In this document: piece after piece, positions 41,255 through 53,021 of the stretch
Layout of the letters: every line of letters starts with the position of its first letter
How positions within the stretch are numbered: the stretch's first letter is position 1
NCBI GenBank assembly: GCA_016748015.1
Contig: JAAOMT010000466.1
Span: 26,222-89,778 of the forward strand
Length of the DNA: 63,557 nt
Reading direction: 5' to 3'
Origin: Geosiphon pyriformis uo1
Taxonomy: Eukaryota; Fungi; Glomeromycota
The notes under the pieces: generated by a model
What the model was told of the DNA's origin: nothing
Database searches by the model: none
What the model saw: the letters and a program-made list of their open reading frames with translations, nothing else
Made by a program: the position numbers and the translations under genes

Positions 41255-41645
41255 TTATCTTTTATGATTTGAAAAACTTCATACTCGGCAGAAAAATAAA
41301 CAGCTCCATTTCCTAACCCAAATAAAGCATGCTCATAATAACCTGTCTTTTGACAAGCGCACTCTGAACTATTTTTAAAATCATTGCCATATAATTCAAT
41401 ACTGACATCTCCAAAAGTGGGTTCATAATTATAACAACTATAAGGTCCAAATCTTGTAACAAATTTGCTAAGTATAGCATTTTCAGTTTTATCATCTCCA
41501 AGAGAAAAAAAAAACTTCTTTCTCCATTTAAATGTTTATTTAGAGAGTGCCAAGATTTCGGGTTAAAGTCACCAATTATCTGACCAGTTCCTTTCACCTT
41601 GATTATGCTAATTTTTGCTCCTTTATCATAACAACATAATCAATA
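41255..41645 (-). pseudogene. TLDc-only 3' fragment of the BTB-BACK-TLDc family, copy C
   Basis: Reads DKGAKISIIKVKGTGQIIGDFNPKSWHSLNKHLNGERS..SKFVTRFGPYSCYNYEPTFGDVSIELYGNDFKNSSECACQKTGYYEHALFG..EYEVFQII. It has frameshifts near 41510 and 41260 and is 5'-truncated at ~41645. It shares the 3' flank of the other copies. Confidence 0.88.
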
Positions 41646-42200
41646 TACATTACATTTTGGGATCCAGAAACAGCTGATTTTGGTCCTAATTTTCTACTCC
41701 ATCAAAGCGAACCAACTGTTAAAGTCTTTGAATATTTTTCTGGTTGTGATACTCAAATAAATGGTGCTCTAGGATATTATTGTCGCCTGGGAAGCATCCA
41801 AATATCATTTCTTCGAACTCGGGCAGTATTAAATACGAAACGGGAAAATTCTATGGTGATAGTGGTACTTCATAAGTTTTCTCATTAGTAAAAAAGTCAA
41901 AATAGGCGCTCGATTTACTCCTTGCTTGGTAGAAAATAAGGGTTTTAGCTCTCTTTATATAAAAACGTTTTGATGACACTTTCAATATTAAGAAAATATT
42001 TTCATAAATGAACTCACAGGATCAAAAACACTGATGCACATATTAGATATTTATCGATTTTAATATACATAGTATTCTCTGAACCCAAAGATAATTCCTT
42101 CAAAATCCATAAGAGATTTTAATTATTAGAGTTTATTATGACTTTCTTATACATTATCACCTTAATCGTAAAATTTTACTTTTAAAAAACAAAATCTTCA

Positions 42201-43294
42201 AAATCGAAGAAACAAATAAATTTCCCCGAATATTAAATTACCATATGGTGTTTGAGATAGTGCTGCTGGTATAAGAAACAATCTTATTTTTTTCTTCATA
42301 TATAATGGACAAACTGAATATCTTCTTGTTAATATATTCCCTGTGGATATGGTCACACTGCAAATACAGCCAAATATTTCCTTTACTGGAATGAAACCAA
42401 GGTGTGACACTTCATTTGCTCAGTTTTCAGGATCAAACGCGTTTTTTCTAAGTAAAAATTCTGCAATTTTTTGAAAAAATTATGCCTAATTATATTAATC
42501 TCTAAATTTATGGTGGATACCTGTTACAAGATATGTCACCAGCATGTGGCAATACCCTGAACACACTCCAAGTTTTCAATATGACATTTCATAATTTGAC
42601 TCAAGAACACAAAATTGTAATTAATATTCCTTCCAATGATTTCAAACTGCCAAAAATAAACAATTTGGATATGAATGCAAAAAATAACGAAGCAGATCCA
42701 AATATTCGGAATCAAGAAATCGGTATATCTGGAGAACCATCAAATCAAGACTAAGTATCATCCAAGTCACGATTGCCAACCTGGCTATTTATTTCAGTTC
42801 TAGTTACGGCTATAGCTATCAGCTTAATATTTTTCGGTCTTTGGCTTTGCCGCAATTGAGCTTTACGACCACGAGCCTCTTTCGGAATCACCCAACTACT
42901 CTTATCACCACGTGGCCCAATACCAACAGCTAATCAAACTTTTTTAACAAGACCTCATCCATTAACCTTGTATAGTATCCCAAATATCCAAGGTGGTGAA
43001 GAAAGTCCATAACGAGGATCAGATTTTACATCAGATCATGGATTTGATTCCCCGAGGTGACAAACAAAATCAGATGAATTTGAAACGGATGATGATGACC
43101 TGGCGGTAATTGGTGAGGCCACACATGTACACACACAACCATCGTCCCGAATATCTGTTATCTTTCATCCGATCGAACAAGGAAGTAATAGTGATATGGT
43201 TGAATTGTTTGAGAACTGGAATTTAAGTGGGGGAAATTTTACAATAGCTACTGGCGGAGTAAATCGAAAGGTGATTTGTAGGATACATGTTTAA
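42201..43294 (+). pseudogene. 5'-truncated Kelch-like, single-pass membrane protein pseudogene
   Basis: Kelch-like KLPYGV*DSAAGIRNNLIFFF and NAFFL/GG segments, a transmembrane stretch WLFISVLVTAIAISLIFFGLWLC and a low-complexity tail. The in-frame stops are shared with the right-arm copy. Confidence 0.6.
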
Positions 43295-43930
43295 AATTGA
43301 TATTTAAATGGAATAGTTGAAAGAATAATTGCATGAATAGATTGTTTCTAGCGTTATATTAATATTGTATTTTTAAAAAGTTACCGATTTAAAGTAATGA
43401 TTCGATAGAATAATATTTAAAATAAGAAAAACAGAAAGTTCCTTAACTGACAGTTGTTTGGCTTTACGCTTTGAGTCTAGAATGGTATAAAAAGAAGATC
43501 AATAAAATATTGAGCCAATACGAGACAGCGCGAACCACAGAAAGCATATGCTAGTCTGGATTGCCTCCCACTTGACCAGTAGTCACGGGATACATCTCAT
43601 GCCAAGAAAAGCAAAAGTGAACGCCACAGAGAAGTTAAGACCCAGATATTCTTCTTCCCCATACTATTAGAATGAGGTATAGCACAATTGCTGTGAAACA
43701 AAAATGTGCATGTCATGGTGAACATAAAACCTGGATGACTCTTCTTCCCTATCCTATCAGTATAGGGAGAATCACCTTCGCTAATTTCTTTAAGCATTTT
43801 CCACTTTCCCGAGCACGAAGCTTATAGCGCGAAGCTTATAAGCACGAATCTCAGAAAAATGTGAAAAGATACTGACCTTTAACTCTCGTTCCAATGCTCA
43901 ACGAGTTGAACATCGACTTCTTAGTTTGGT

Positions 43931-44155
43931 GGGTAAGTGTGAGAGAGGGGTAAGTGAAAGAGAAGGGTAAATGAGAGAGAAGGGTAAGTGAAAGAGAAGG
44001 ATAGGTGTGAGAGAGGGGTAAGTGAGAGAGAAGGGAGAGAGAGATAGAATGGTAAGTGAGAGAGAAGGATAGGTGAGAGAGAGGGGTAAGTGAGAGAGAA
44101 GGGAGAGAGAGATAGAATGGTAAGTGAGAGAGAAGGATACGTGAGAGAGAGGGTA
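43931..44155 (+). repeat. Polypurine minisatellite, ~17-18-bp unit GGTAAGTGAGAGAGAAG
   Basis: About 13 units. Other copies at ~45635-45894 and, inverted, ~46457-46612 have different lengths. Confidence 0.92.
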
Positions 44156-44750
44156 TATTGTTTAACTGGCATTGAGAAAAAGAACGATAGAATCACGTTT
44201 AGTGGATTGAGTCATATGATTTCAAATCCTATAATTGGCTGAATCAAATCATGACGATTCACATCCCCCTTAAACCGTGGGACCAACATTTAAGTCAGTC
44301 CTTCCCCCTTGCCTAAAAAGTCTGATAAGAGAGCAAAATAAATGGTCGCAGCAGGCACAATCATTAAGAATATGGCGTCCATATCTCGTAATACACTAGA
44401 CTGAATAATATAAATGGCCGCAGCATAAAGAACATGGTGTTCATATTTCATAGCCGAAAGCAATAGCAAAATACAATCGAAAGCGCCTCCAAACATTAAG
44501 GCAAATTTAGTGTTCACTATTACTCGAGTCCGATAGAGCTAGAATCGTTCGCTGCATATACAAAATGAAGAGATATTAGTAGGAGCCATAAAATATATTA
44601 GCATCGTTTTCATGTTTTATTTATTTAATAAAAACTTGTAGCGAAATAAAATATAGGGTATTTTTTCTGTAAATTTTGTTTTTTCATTTAGTTAATATTG
44701 ATAATGTATTAATATATTTTGTTAAAATAAAAAAAAATTTTGATTAAAAA

Positions 44751-45246
44751 AATCAAAATCAAAAATAAACAAAAACCATATTAATGCGTCTCAGATTATA
44801 CAGGTAATTTTAAGCCATATTTATAAACAATGTTTTTTGTTTATATTTTATGATTTTGTTTCTGATTATAAAAGATAATTTAAATCGCAAAAATAAAATT
44901 TCTAGTTCAGAATTTAAAGCCTGATTTGACATCTCCATTGTCGCATTTTTGATGTTGCTGCAAGTAGTTAGTGTCCCAGTTGTTGGTGTGCTCCCACTTG
45001 CTCACGGCACGCTTCCAATAATCGCGGTAGGCAACTTTAACTAAAGTTGTTTCCGGTAATCCACCTCTTAGCATGTTTGTATTGGTGATAAAAAATGAAT
45101 TTTGTTAAGTTTAAAAAACAAATTTATTTTAATCAGAAACAAAATCATAAAAAATAAACAAAAACATTGTTTATAAATATGATTTAAAATTACCTGTATA
45201 ATCTGAGACGCATTAATATGTTTTTTGTTTATTTTTGATTTTGATT
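44751..45246. repeat. ~118-bp inverted repeats (44751-44868 / 45130-45246) around a ~260-bp core
   Basis: CATATTAATGCGTCTCAGATTATACAGGTAATTTTAA vs TTAAAATTACCTGTATAATCTGAGACGCATTAATATG. Each arm is itself partly self-complementary. Confidence 0.9.
44907..45074 (-). CDS. 55-aa small ORF of unknown function in the hairpin loop
   Basis: ATG..TGA ORF MLRGGLPETTLVKVAYRDYWKRAVSKWEHTNNWDTNYLQQHQKCDNGDVKSGFKF. It nearly coincides with the GC-richer island between the inverted repeats. Confidence 0.3.
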   Translation of the reverse strand: MLRGGLPETTLVKVAYRDYWKRAVSKWEHTNNWDTNYLQQHQKCDNGDVKSGFKF

Positions 45247-45247
45247 A

Positions 45248-46253
45248 NNNNNNNNNNNNNNNNNNNNGAAGTAAAGACCCAGACATTCTTCTTCCCCATA
45301 CTATTAGAATGAGGTATAGCACAATTGCTGTGAAACAAAAATGTGCATGTCATGATGAACATAAAACCTGGACGACTCTTCTTCCCTATCCTATCAGTAT
45401 AGGGAGAATCACCTTCGCTAATTTCTTTAAGCATTTTCCACTTTCCCGAGCACGAAGCTTATAGCGCGAAGCTTATAAGCACGAATCTCAGACCACTTTC
45501 CTACCACAATGTGTGCGCATATGTCTGATCAAAACATAGTAGGTGCTCACATCCTCTGAAAAATGTGAAAAGATACTGACCTTTAACTCTCGTTCCAATG
45601 CTCAACAAGTTGAACATCGACTTCTTAGTTTGGTGAGTAAATGAGAGAGAGGGATAAGTGAAAGAGAAGGGTAAGTGAGAGAGAAAGATAGGTAAGAGAG
45701 AGGAGTAAGTGAGAGAGAAGGGTAAGTGAAAGAGAAGGATAGGTGTGAGAGAGGGGTAAGTGAAAGAGAAGGGTTAATGAGAGAGAAGGGTAAGTGAAAG
45801 AGAAGGATAGGTGTGAGAGAGGGGTAAATGAGAGAGAAGGGAGAGAGAGATAGAATGGTAAGTGAGAGAGAAGGATAGGTGAGAGAGAGGGGTATATTGT
45901 TTAACTGGCATTGAGAAAAAGAACGATAGAATCACGTTTAGTGGATTGAGTCATATGATTTCAAATCCTATAATTGGCTGAATCAAATCATGACGATTCA
46001 CATCCCCCTTAAACCGTGGGACCAACATTTAAGTCAGTCCTTCCCCCTTGCCTAAAAAGTCTGATNNNNNNNNNNNNNNNNNNNNNNNNNNNNNNNNNNN
46101 NNNNNNNNNNNNNNNNNNNNNNNNNNNNNNNNNNNNNNNNNNNNNNNNNNNNNNNNNNNNNNNNNNNNNNNNNNNNNNNNNNNNNNNNNNNNNNNNNNNN
46201 NNNNNNNNNNNNNNNNNNNNNNNNNNNNNNNNNNNNNNNNNNNNNNNNNNNNN
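45248..46253. other. Assembly gaps at 45248-45267 and 46066-46253 (a third at 56434-56615)
   Basis: Runs of N, all inside repeated sequence. Confidence 0.99.
45268..46065 (+). repeat. Third partial copy of the arm sequence, between two N gaps
   Basis: Direct copy of ~43631-44326, but it carries the ~66-bp segment ACCACTTTCCTACCACAATGTGTGCGC.. that is present in the right arm and absent from the left arm. Confidence 0.9.
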
Positions 46254-48405
46254 GTGCCTGCTGCGACCATTTATTTTGTTCTCTTATCAGACTTTTTAGG
46301 CAAGGGGGAAGGACTGACTTAAATGTTGGTCCCACGGTTTAAGGGGGATATGAATCGTCATGATTTGATTCAGCCAATTATAGGATTTGAAATCATATGA
46401 CTCAATCCACTAAACGTGATTCTATCGTTCTTTTTCTCAATGCCAGTTAAACAATATACCCCTCTCTCTCACCTATCCTTCTCTCTCACTTACCATTCTA
46501 TCTCTCTCTCCCTTCTCTCTCACTTACCCCTCTCTCACACCTATCCTTCTCTTTCACTTACCCTTCTCTCTCATTTACCCTTCTCTTTCACTTACCCCTC
46601 TCACACTTACCCACCAAACTAAGAAGTCAATGTTCAAGTCGTTGAGATTTGGAACAAGAGTTAAAGGTCAGTATCTTTTCACATTTTTCAGAGGATGTGA
46701 GCACCTACTGTGGTTTGATCAGACATATGCGCACACATTGTGGTAGGAAAATGGTCTGAGATTCGTGCTTATAAGCTTCGCGCTATAAGCTTCGTGCTCG
46801 GGAAAGTGGAAAATGCTTAAAGAAATTTGCGAAGGTGATTCTCCCTATACTGATAGGATAGGGAAGAAGAGTCGTCCAGGTTTTATGTTCATCATGACAT
46901 GCACATTTTTGTTTCACAGCAATTGTGCTATACCTCATTCTAATAGTATGGGGAAGAAGAATGTCTGGGTCTTTACTTCTTTGTGGCGTTCACTTTTGCT
47001 TTTCTTGGCGTGAGATGTATCCCGTGACTACTGGTCAAGTGGGAGGCAATCCAGACTAGCATATGCTTTCTGTGGTTCGCGCTGTCTCGTATTGGCTCAA
47101 TATTTTATTGATCTTCTTTTTATACCATTCTAGACTCAAAGCGTAAAGCCAAACAACTGTCAGTTAAGGAACTTTCTGTTTTTCTTATTTTAAATATTAT
47201 TCTATCGAATCATTACTTTAAATCGGTAACTTTTTAAAAATACAATATTAATATAACGCTAGAAACAATCTATTCATGCAATTATTCTTTCGACTATTCC
47301 GTTTAAATATCAATTTTAAACATGTATCCTACAAATCACCTTTCGATTTACTCCGCCAGTAGCTATTGTAAAATTTCCCCCACTTAAATTCCAGTTCTCA
47401 AACAATTCAACCATATCACTATTATTTCCTTGTTCGATCGGATGAAAGATAACAGGTATTCGGGACGATGGTTGTGTGTATACATGTGTGGCCCCACCAA
47501 TTACTGCCAGATTATCATCATCTATTTTAAATTCATCTGATTTTGTTTGTCACCTCAGAGAATCAAATCCATGATCTGATGTAAAATCTGATCCTCGTTA
47601 TAGACTTTCTTCACCACCTTGGATATTTGGGATACTATACAAGATTAATGGATGAGGTCTTGTTAAAAAAGTTTGATTAGCTGTTGGTATTGGGCCATGT
47701 GGTGATAAAAGTAGTTGGGTGATTCCGAAAGTCATAAAGCTCAATTGCGACAAAGCCAAAGACTGAAAAATATTAAGCTGATAACTATAGCCATAACTAG
47801 AACTGAAATAAATATGATTAGCCAGGTTGGCAATCGTGACTTGGATGATACTTAGTCTTGATTTGATGATTCTCCAGATATACCGATTTCTTGATTTTGA
47901 ATATTTGGATCTGCTTCGTTATTTTCTGCGTTCATATCCAGATTGTTTATTTTTGGCAGTTTGAAATCGTTGGAAGGAATATTAGTTACAATTTTGTGTT
48001 CTTGAATCAAATTACGAAATGTCATATTGAAAACTTGGAGTGTGTCCAGGGTATTGCCACATGCTGGTGACATATCTTGTAACGGGCATCCACCATAAAT
48101 TTAGGGATTAATATAATTAGGCATAATTTTTTCAAAAAATGGCAGAATTTTTACTTAGGAGAAACGCGTCTGATCCTGAAAACTGAGCAAATGAAGCGTC
48201 ACACCTTGGTTTCATTCCAGTAAAGGAAATATTTGGCTGTATTTGCAGTGTGACCATATCCACAGGGAAAATATTAACAAGAGGATATCCAGTTTGTCCA
48301 TTATATACGAAGAAAAAAATAAGATTGTTTCTTACACCAGCAGCACCATCTCAAACACCATATGGTAATTTAATATTCGGGGAAATTTATTTGTTTCTTC
48401 GATTT
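46254..48405 (-). repeat. Right arm of the large inverted duplication
   Basis: Reverse complement of 42201-44358. Confidence 0.95.
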
Positions 48406-48690
48406 AAAGTATATATTTCACGTGAGATTTCTAAATTAGGATTTATTTGGAAAGTAGTCCTCTAATTGCCACAAATCGTCTTTAGACGAGATTATTATTC
48501 TACTTCTTTGGTGCATTAATGAATTTCTGCGAAATTTATATCAGTTGGAGGTATATTTAAGATGAGTAGTTTTTCAACAATCTTATTATCCACTACAAAA
48601 GATTTTCAGAAGAAACTCATGCTTTTTTGTGCCTCGCTCCAAGTTCATGGAATACACTTCCATCATAGTTTTCATAGCATTCCATCAAAC
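47316..48690 (-). pseudogene. Kelch-like, single-pass membrane protein pseudogene (longer, source copy)
   Basis: The frame continues across the duplication boundary: EISREIYTLNRRNK*ISPNIKLPYGV*DGAAGVRNNLIFFF..SDAFLL/GGCPLQDMSPACGNTLDTLQVFNMT, then the TM segment. The 5' limit is approximate. Confidence 0.6.
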
Positions 48691-50234
48691 AAACCAACAA
48701 ACAATAATTTTAAATTTTAAAAAAAACTTTGTGATAAACAAACCTGCAATAGCACTATATTTATGAAAAAATAATTGAAAAATTTATTATTGTCCCACGT
48801 TTTATAATAATAGGTACAAAAATTGAAAGCTCAAAAATTGAATACCTGGCACTTTTGCAAAAGTCTTGGTTTCAAACTTCTTGAGACAAATGTAAATCAT
48901 TAAAGATAGACACTCAATGATTTAGGCTAGTTTAGCTTATGTTACATAAATAATTTAATGCTTTATGAAGAAACAGTTGAAGTCTTTCAGGATTTTTTAT
49001 GTGAAAAGAGAATTTATGAAATGCTAACATGAATGCATATCTCGTATAATTTTGAATTTTTTTTGTAATTCTGTTCGACTTCTTTCCTGTGTCTTATCCT
49101 GATAAAAAAATTTTTAACTCTTTGCAAGCAAAAATTAAATGACATGAATATTCATCTAACATTTAAATAATTTCAATTTTCTCTTATACTTGGCTTTAAT
49201 ATGAATATGAAATGTTTTAAAAATGCATAATTTTATAATTTTTGAAAAAATCATAAAAAGATATTGGTTAAAGTTTTAGCATTCAAACTTCTTTTTTATT
49301 TCAATTCTAAATATTTTTTATTGATAAAGCTTTGAGCATTTATTAATTTTTAAAAAATTCATTTTGGTTTCATTTCTTATCAACTTTTTATAATCACTAA
49401 TTTTAAAATGTGTAGTTTGAGTTCAAGTGTTTTATTTATATAATCATTTATCTGAATTTGTATAGACAGAAAACAGTAAATTAATTTTATTTGAAAATTC
49501 AGCTACACTAATTCAATAACAAAATATCATTATTATAATAAACTTGAAATTCCGTTTCAAAAATAATCTTAAATGCCTGTAAATAAAAAAACTTTGCTAT
49601 AAAACTAAGTAATTCATCAAGTAACGACATTATTCACGAAAATAAAAATTCTACAAATCTTTAAAATGTTCAAATTTATATGAAATTGGGGAATGAAGGA
49701 TTGTCAGGTAAGGTTACATTCAATTAAATCATGTCGATATTTATTATTAGGAAGTAAATAAAAGCATAGTTGTTTTTTTTACTATTGAATACAAGATATC
49801 GCTTTTATATGCAAATATTATTACTTAAGGTTAATAATATTTTTTTAATCACAATGAGATCCCTGTTTTGGGATATTTACTAGAAAACTGCTATAGGGAA
49901 AGGAAACTAGCCAAAGTTCAAGTAATTTCATTGTGTGAAAATCCAATATATTTGAGATGGACACCATATAAATAAAACTAAATAAAACTAAATCTTACAA
50001 TTTATGATCATAAGATATATATTGTAGTCTTTTAATAAATACTTCTTTTTTTAAGTTTATGATTTTTATTGAAAAAAAAACAATACTTATCGCTTAACAC
50101 TAATATCATTTTAAACTCTCAATTTATTTTTTTCATTTCTAGCTAAGATATTGGTTACTTTTAAAAGATGAATTCATAATTTTTACTTATTAACCATTAA
50201 TAAAATAAAAATAAGTTTTTTAATCACATACCTT

Positions 50235-51247
50235 AAAAGTAAAAAATATTATCTGTTCGTATTAGATTTTTATCATCGCAAAATAATCAAGTTTATTAAA
50301 TTTATATAATAAATGTAGGTGAAATATATGTTGCTTTATAGGGTGAAATTCAACCGCTATCAATTGAAATTTTATTAATTATTTATTGGAAAAATTATTT
50401 CAAAATCAATTTATTTTACAATTTATGAATAAATTAACTCTCAATCTTTTATTTAATTAATATATTTTTTACAAATTCTTTCAAATTATTTAAGTATTTC
50501 TTGAAATCAAAAAATATTGCAGAAAATAAAAAAACATCACTCTTATTTTTTAAGATTTATAATAAATAATTTTGTTTGAGATAGATAAAATCGCTGACGT
50601 AACTGTCCTAAAAAGAGTATTAGCACAGCAAAATACTAATGATTAACGCTGCTTGCCCTTTGCTTTGCTCGGTATTATCGGGAATTTAGTAGCGGACGGA
50701 ATAGTATTTTTTTGGTCATAGTGTTTGGAGAATTCCCAGTGCATTGGTTATCACCTAAAGTATAAGTATTGATGCACTGTCATAAATTTAGCTTAGAAAA
50801 TTCAGCAGATAGTGTATTTAACATGCTTTTCCCATGCTTATACGGCTAAATATTTAGTAGGGAGATTATTAAAGTTTAAGCCTCTTTTCTCATTGACACC
50901 ATCTATAACTGAATTCTTCTAATTCTTGACTAGTTAAAGGAGCAATGATAATTTGCTCGTAATTATTAATTTTGCCACTAGTAGCTAGAATTTTCGATTT
51001 CGATTTCGATTTCGATTTCGATTTTTTGCTTTTTATAACTTGATTTGATTTAATTTACTTTTAGATTGGTATCAGACGGGAAGTCCAAAAAGGGCTTCTA
51101 TGTGGATAAGAAATGAAAGTGGTTTTTTTTCCCTTCCTTTACATTTGCATCATAATCTATATGGAAGATAAATCATAAATTCCGTATTAATTTGAAAAAA
51201 AAGTGCAGATTCGATATTGTTCTATTGTTCATACTAATTTGGATAAA
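50235..51247 (+). repeat. Partner of the 21070-22104 duplication, with an expanded (TTCGAT)n
   Basis: Direct sequence match. TTCGAT occurs 5 times at ~50993-51022 vs twice at ~21867-21878. Confidence 0.92.
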
Positions 51248-51421
51248 TGGATATTTCACCTCAATACATTTTACATTTCAAAAGTGCTGTAACACTTGTG
51301 TAAATTAAACTTAGTATTGCTTATATACAGGTAGTTTAGACACATCTGACAATTTTTGGCGAAGGTTGATTTGAATAGATGAAAAAATCCATGACATATA
51401 TTCCCACGTATGCAAGTTCTG

Positions 51422-52600
51422 AATAGCTTTGATATCAAGGTTAATATAATTTCCTTCGTTATTGCTTGCGTATAGCTCATTTTGGATTTCAGTGATGCTT
51501 ACAGTCATATTTCCAGCTTCTTCTATTTCTAAAGAGACAGAACGAGCTGATAAATTCTAATTTAATCAAATCATTATTTAGAAAGTGGATTCTTAATTTT
51601 GGCAATAATTTAATATGAAAATTTTCTGAAACTTACATAAACCTCAATATTACCATTAATTGACTTAATATTTAGTCCAGAATAATTATACATTGTAGGG
51701 TTTTCCATTATGTTCACATTTAAATTTTTCATTTTCAAATTCGTTATGGTGTTGTAAGGGTCTTTTAGCTCGATTGGAAGATAAATATCTATGTTAATAC
51801 TTGCACATCTACGTAATAATGTATCTATACTAAGCCAACTATTCCCAGTGTCCGAAACGCTTGGCAAATACTTTGTTTAAGCGTTATTTAAAAGTCTTAT
51901 TAGATATATAGTTTAATATTTAAATGCGTTTGATAAAATTTACTTACAAAAGTTAATTCCTGCGCATCTCTACCTTGAAAAAATTTATGTTTGAGGGCCT
52001 TTTTTTGAAGTGTAATCGATTTAAAATCAACTGTAATATTTGTTGTAGTCGCATTATTTTGACAAATAAAAACATTTCGGGTCAAATGAAGAAAGCAATA
52101 GAATTTACTTAAAATTATTAATTTTTTTCAGATTGAAAGAAATTGAGTTTTTTAGACTTACGGTATAATTAATACCAAATGCACTGATATCCAAGTCCCT
52201 GAATATTAATGGATCATAATTTAAATGAGTTGCAGGGCCGTTAGAAGGATTCAAAATATTGCATCGGTGCTGAATAATAAAAATCAGAATCCGTATAAAA
52301 AACGGTTAAAAATTGATTTATATAATGTTTACTTTTTTAATTGAAGCATTCCCAATCTTAAATACCCCAAAAATTGGTAATATATTCCAATTAAAGCCAC
52401 TATGACAAAAAGAAAAATAACTCCAATAAGAAATGCAATTAAAGCTATGGAAAATAATAGAATAGGCCTTTGCCCATCATTTTAAAGAATCTGTTAAAAT
52501 CTTTTAAAAAATTGATTAATATGTAGGCTTTGAATACCTTGCATTTTAACAAAATTAATGCGAAGGTAGTCTTCACAATAAAGAGATATTTTTTCTGAGC
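51422..52600 (-). pseudogene. 5' part of an N-terminal-TM, DUF4097/adhesin-like gene (inverted segment)
   Basis: Exon-like blocks with GTAAGT donors: TM ILLFSIALIAFLIGVIFLFVIVALIGIYY; LNYDPLIFRDLDISAFGINYT; INIDIYLP..LNIKSINGNIEVY; NLSARSVSLEIEAGNMTVSITEIQNELYASNNEGNYINLDIKAI. There is a TAA before the TM and one apparently missing acceptor. Confidence 0.6.
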
Positions 52601-53021
52601 ATCGTTAAATAGTTTTTGTTTATGCGGGTGAAGAAGGATAAAAGTGCAGAGGACAAGGTTAAAAAGAAGAGATTGATTATGCTATAGGTTCGTATAAATA
52701 TTTCTATGAAGGGATAAAGACAAAGATTATCTCAAAAGTTTTATTTTTGCAAAATTATATTGCACTCTAACATTATTAATACCATAAATTTGTTTTTCAT
52801 TCGTGTCCATATTTGATGCAAAAAAAGTTTATGCCTTGAAAACAAGTTTATATGAGCGATTTAGCGATTCTTTGAACCTTCGCTCACAGATGGAATTCCT
52901 TTTATTATCGCACATAAAATCATAATTCCTTTATTATTTCAAAAAAGGTAGAATTTATGATAAATATAAATCTTTGATATTTTCCTAAAAAGTAATTTTG
53001 TAATCTGACAAAAAGGTTTGC

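Larger units (their letters stand above)
42201..44358 (+). repeat. Left arm of a large inverted duplication
   Basis: Reverse complement of 46254-48405. The outer boundary AAATCGAAGAAAC / GTTTCTTCGATTT is sharp. Confidence 0.95.

Noticed and set aside
43931-44155. CRISPR-like array, or real SLTYP-repeat proteins (ORFs 43921-44196, 46416-46622)
   Set aside because: These are contiguous degenerate tandem units with no unique spacers and no cas genes. The ORFs are by-products of a stop-poor pyrimidine strand and differ in frame between copies.
43597-44517. MLKEISEGD.. and MNTKFALMF.. ORFs as genes
   Set aside because: They have no recognisable motif, and conservation between copies is explained by recent duplication. 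Left unassigned.
45213-46342. ORFs containing X runs (also 56385-56648)
   Set aside because: They are artefacts of translating through N gaps.
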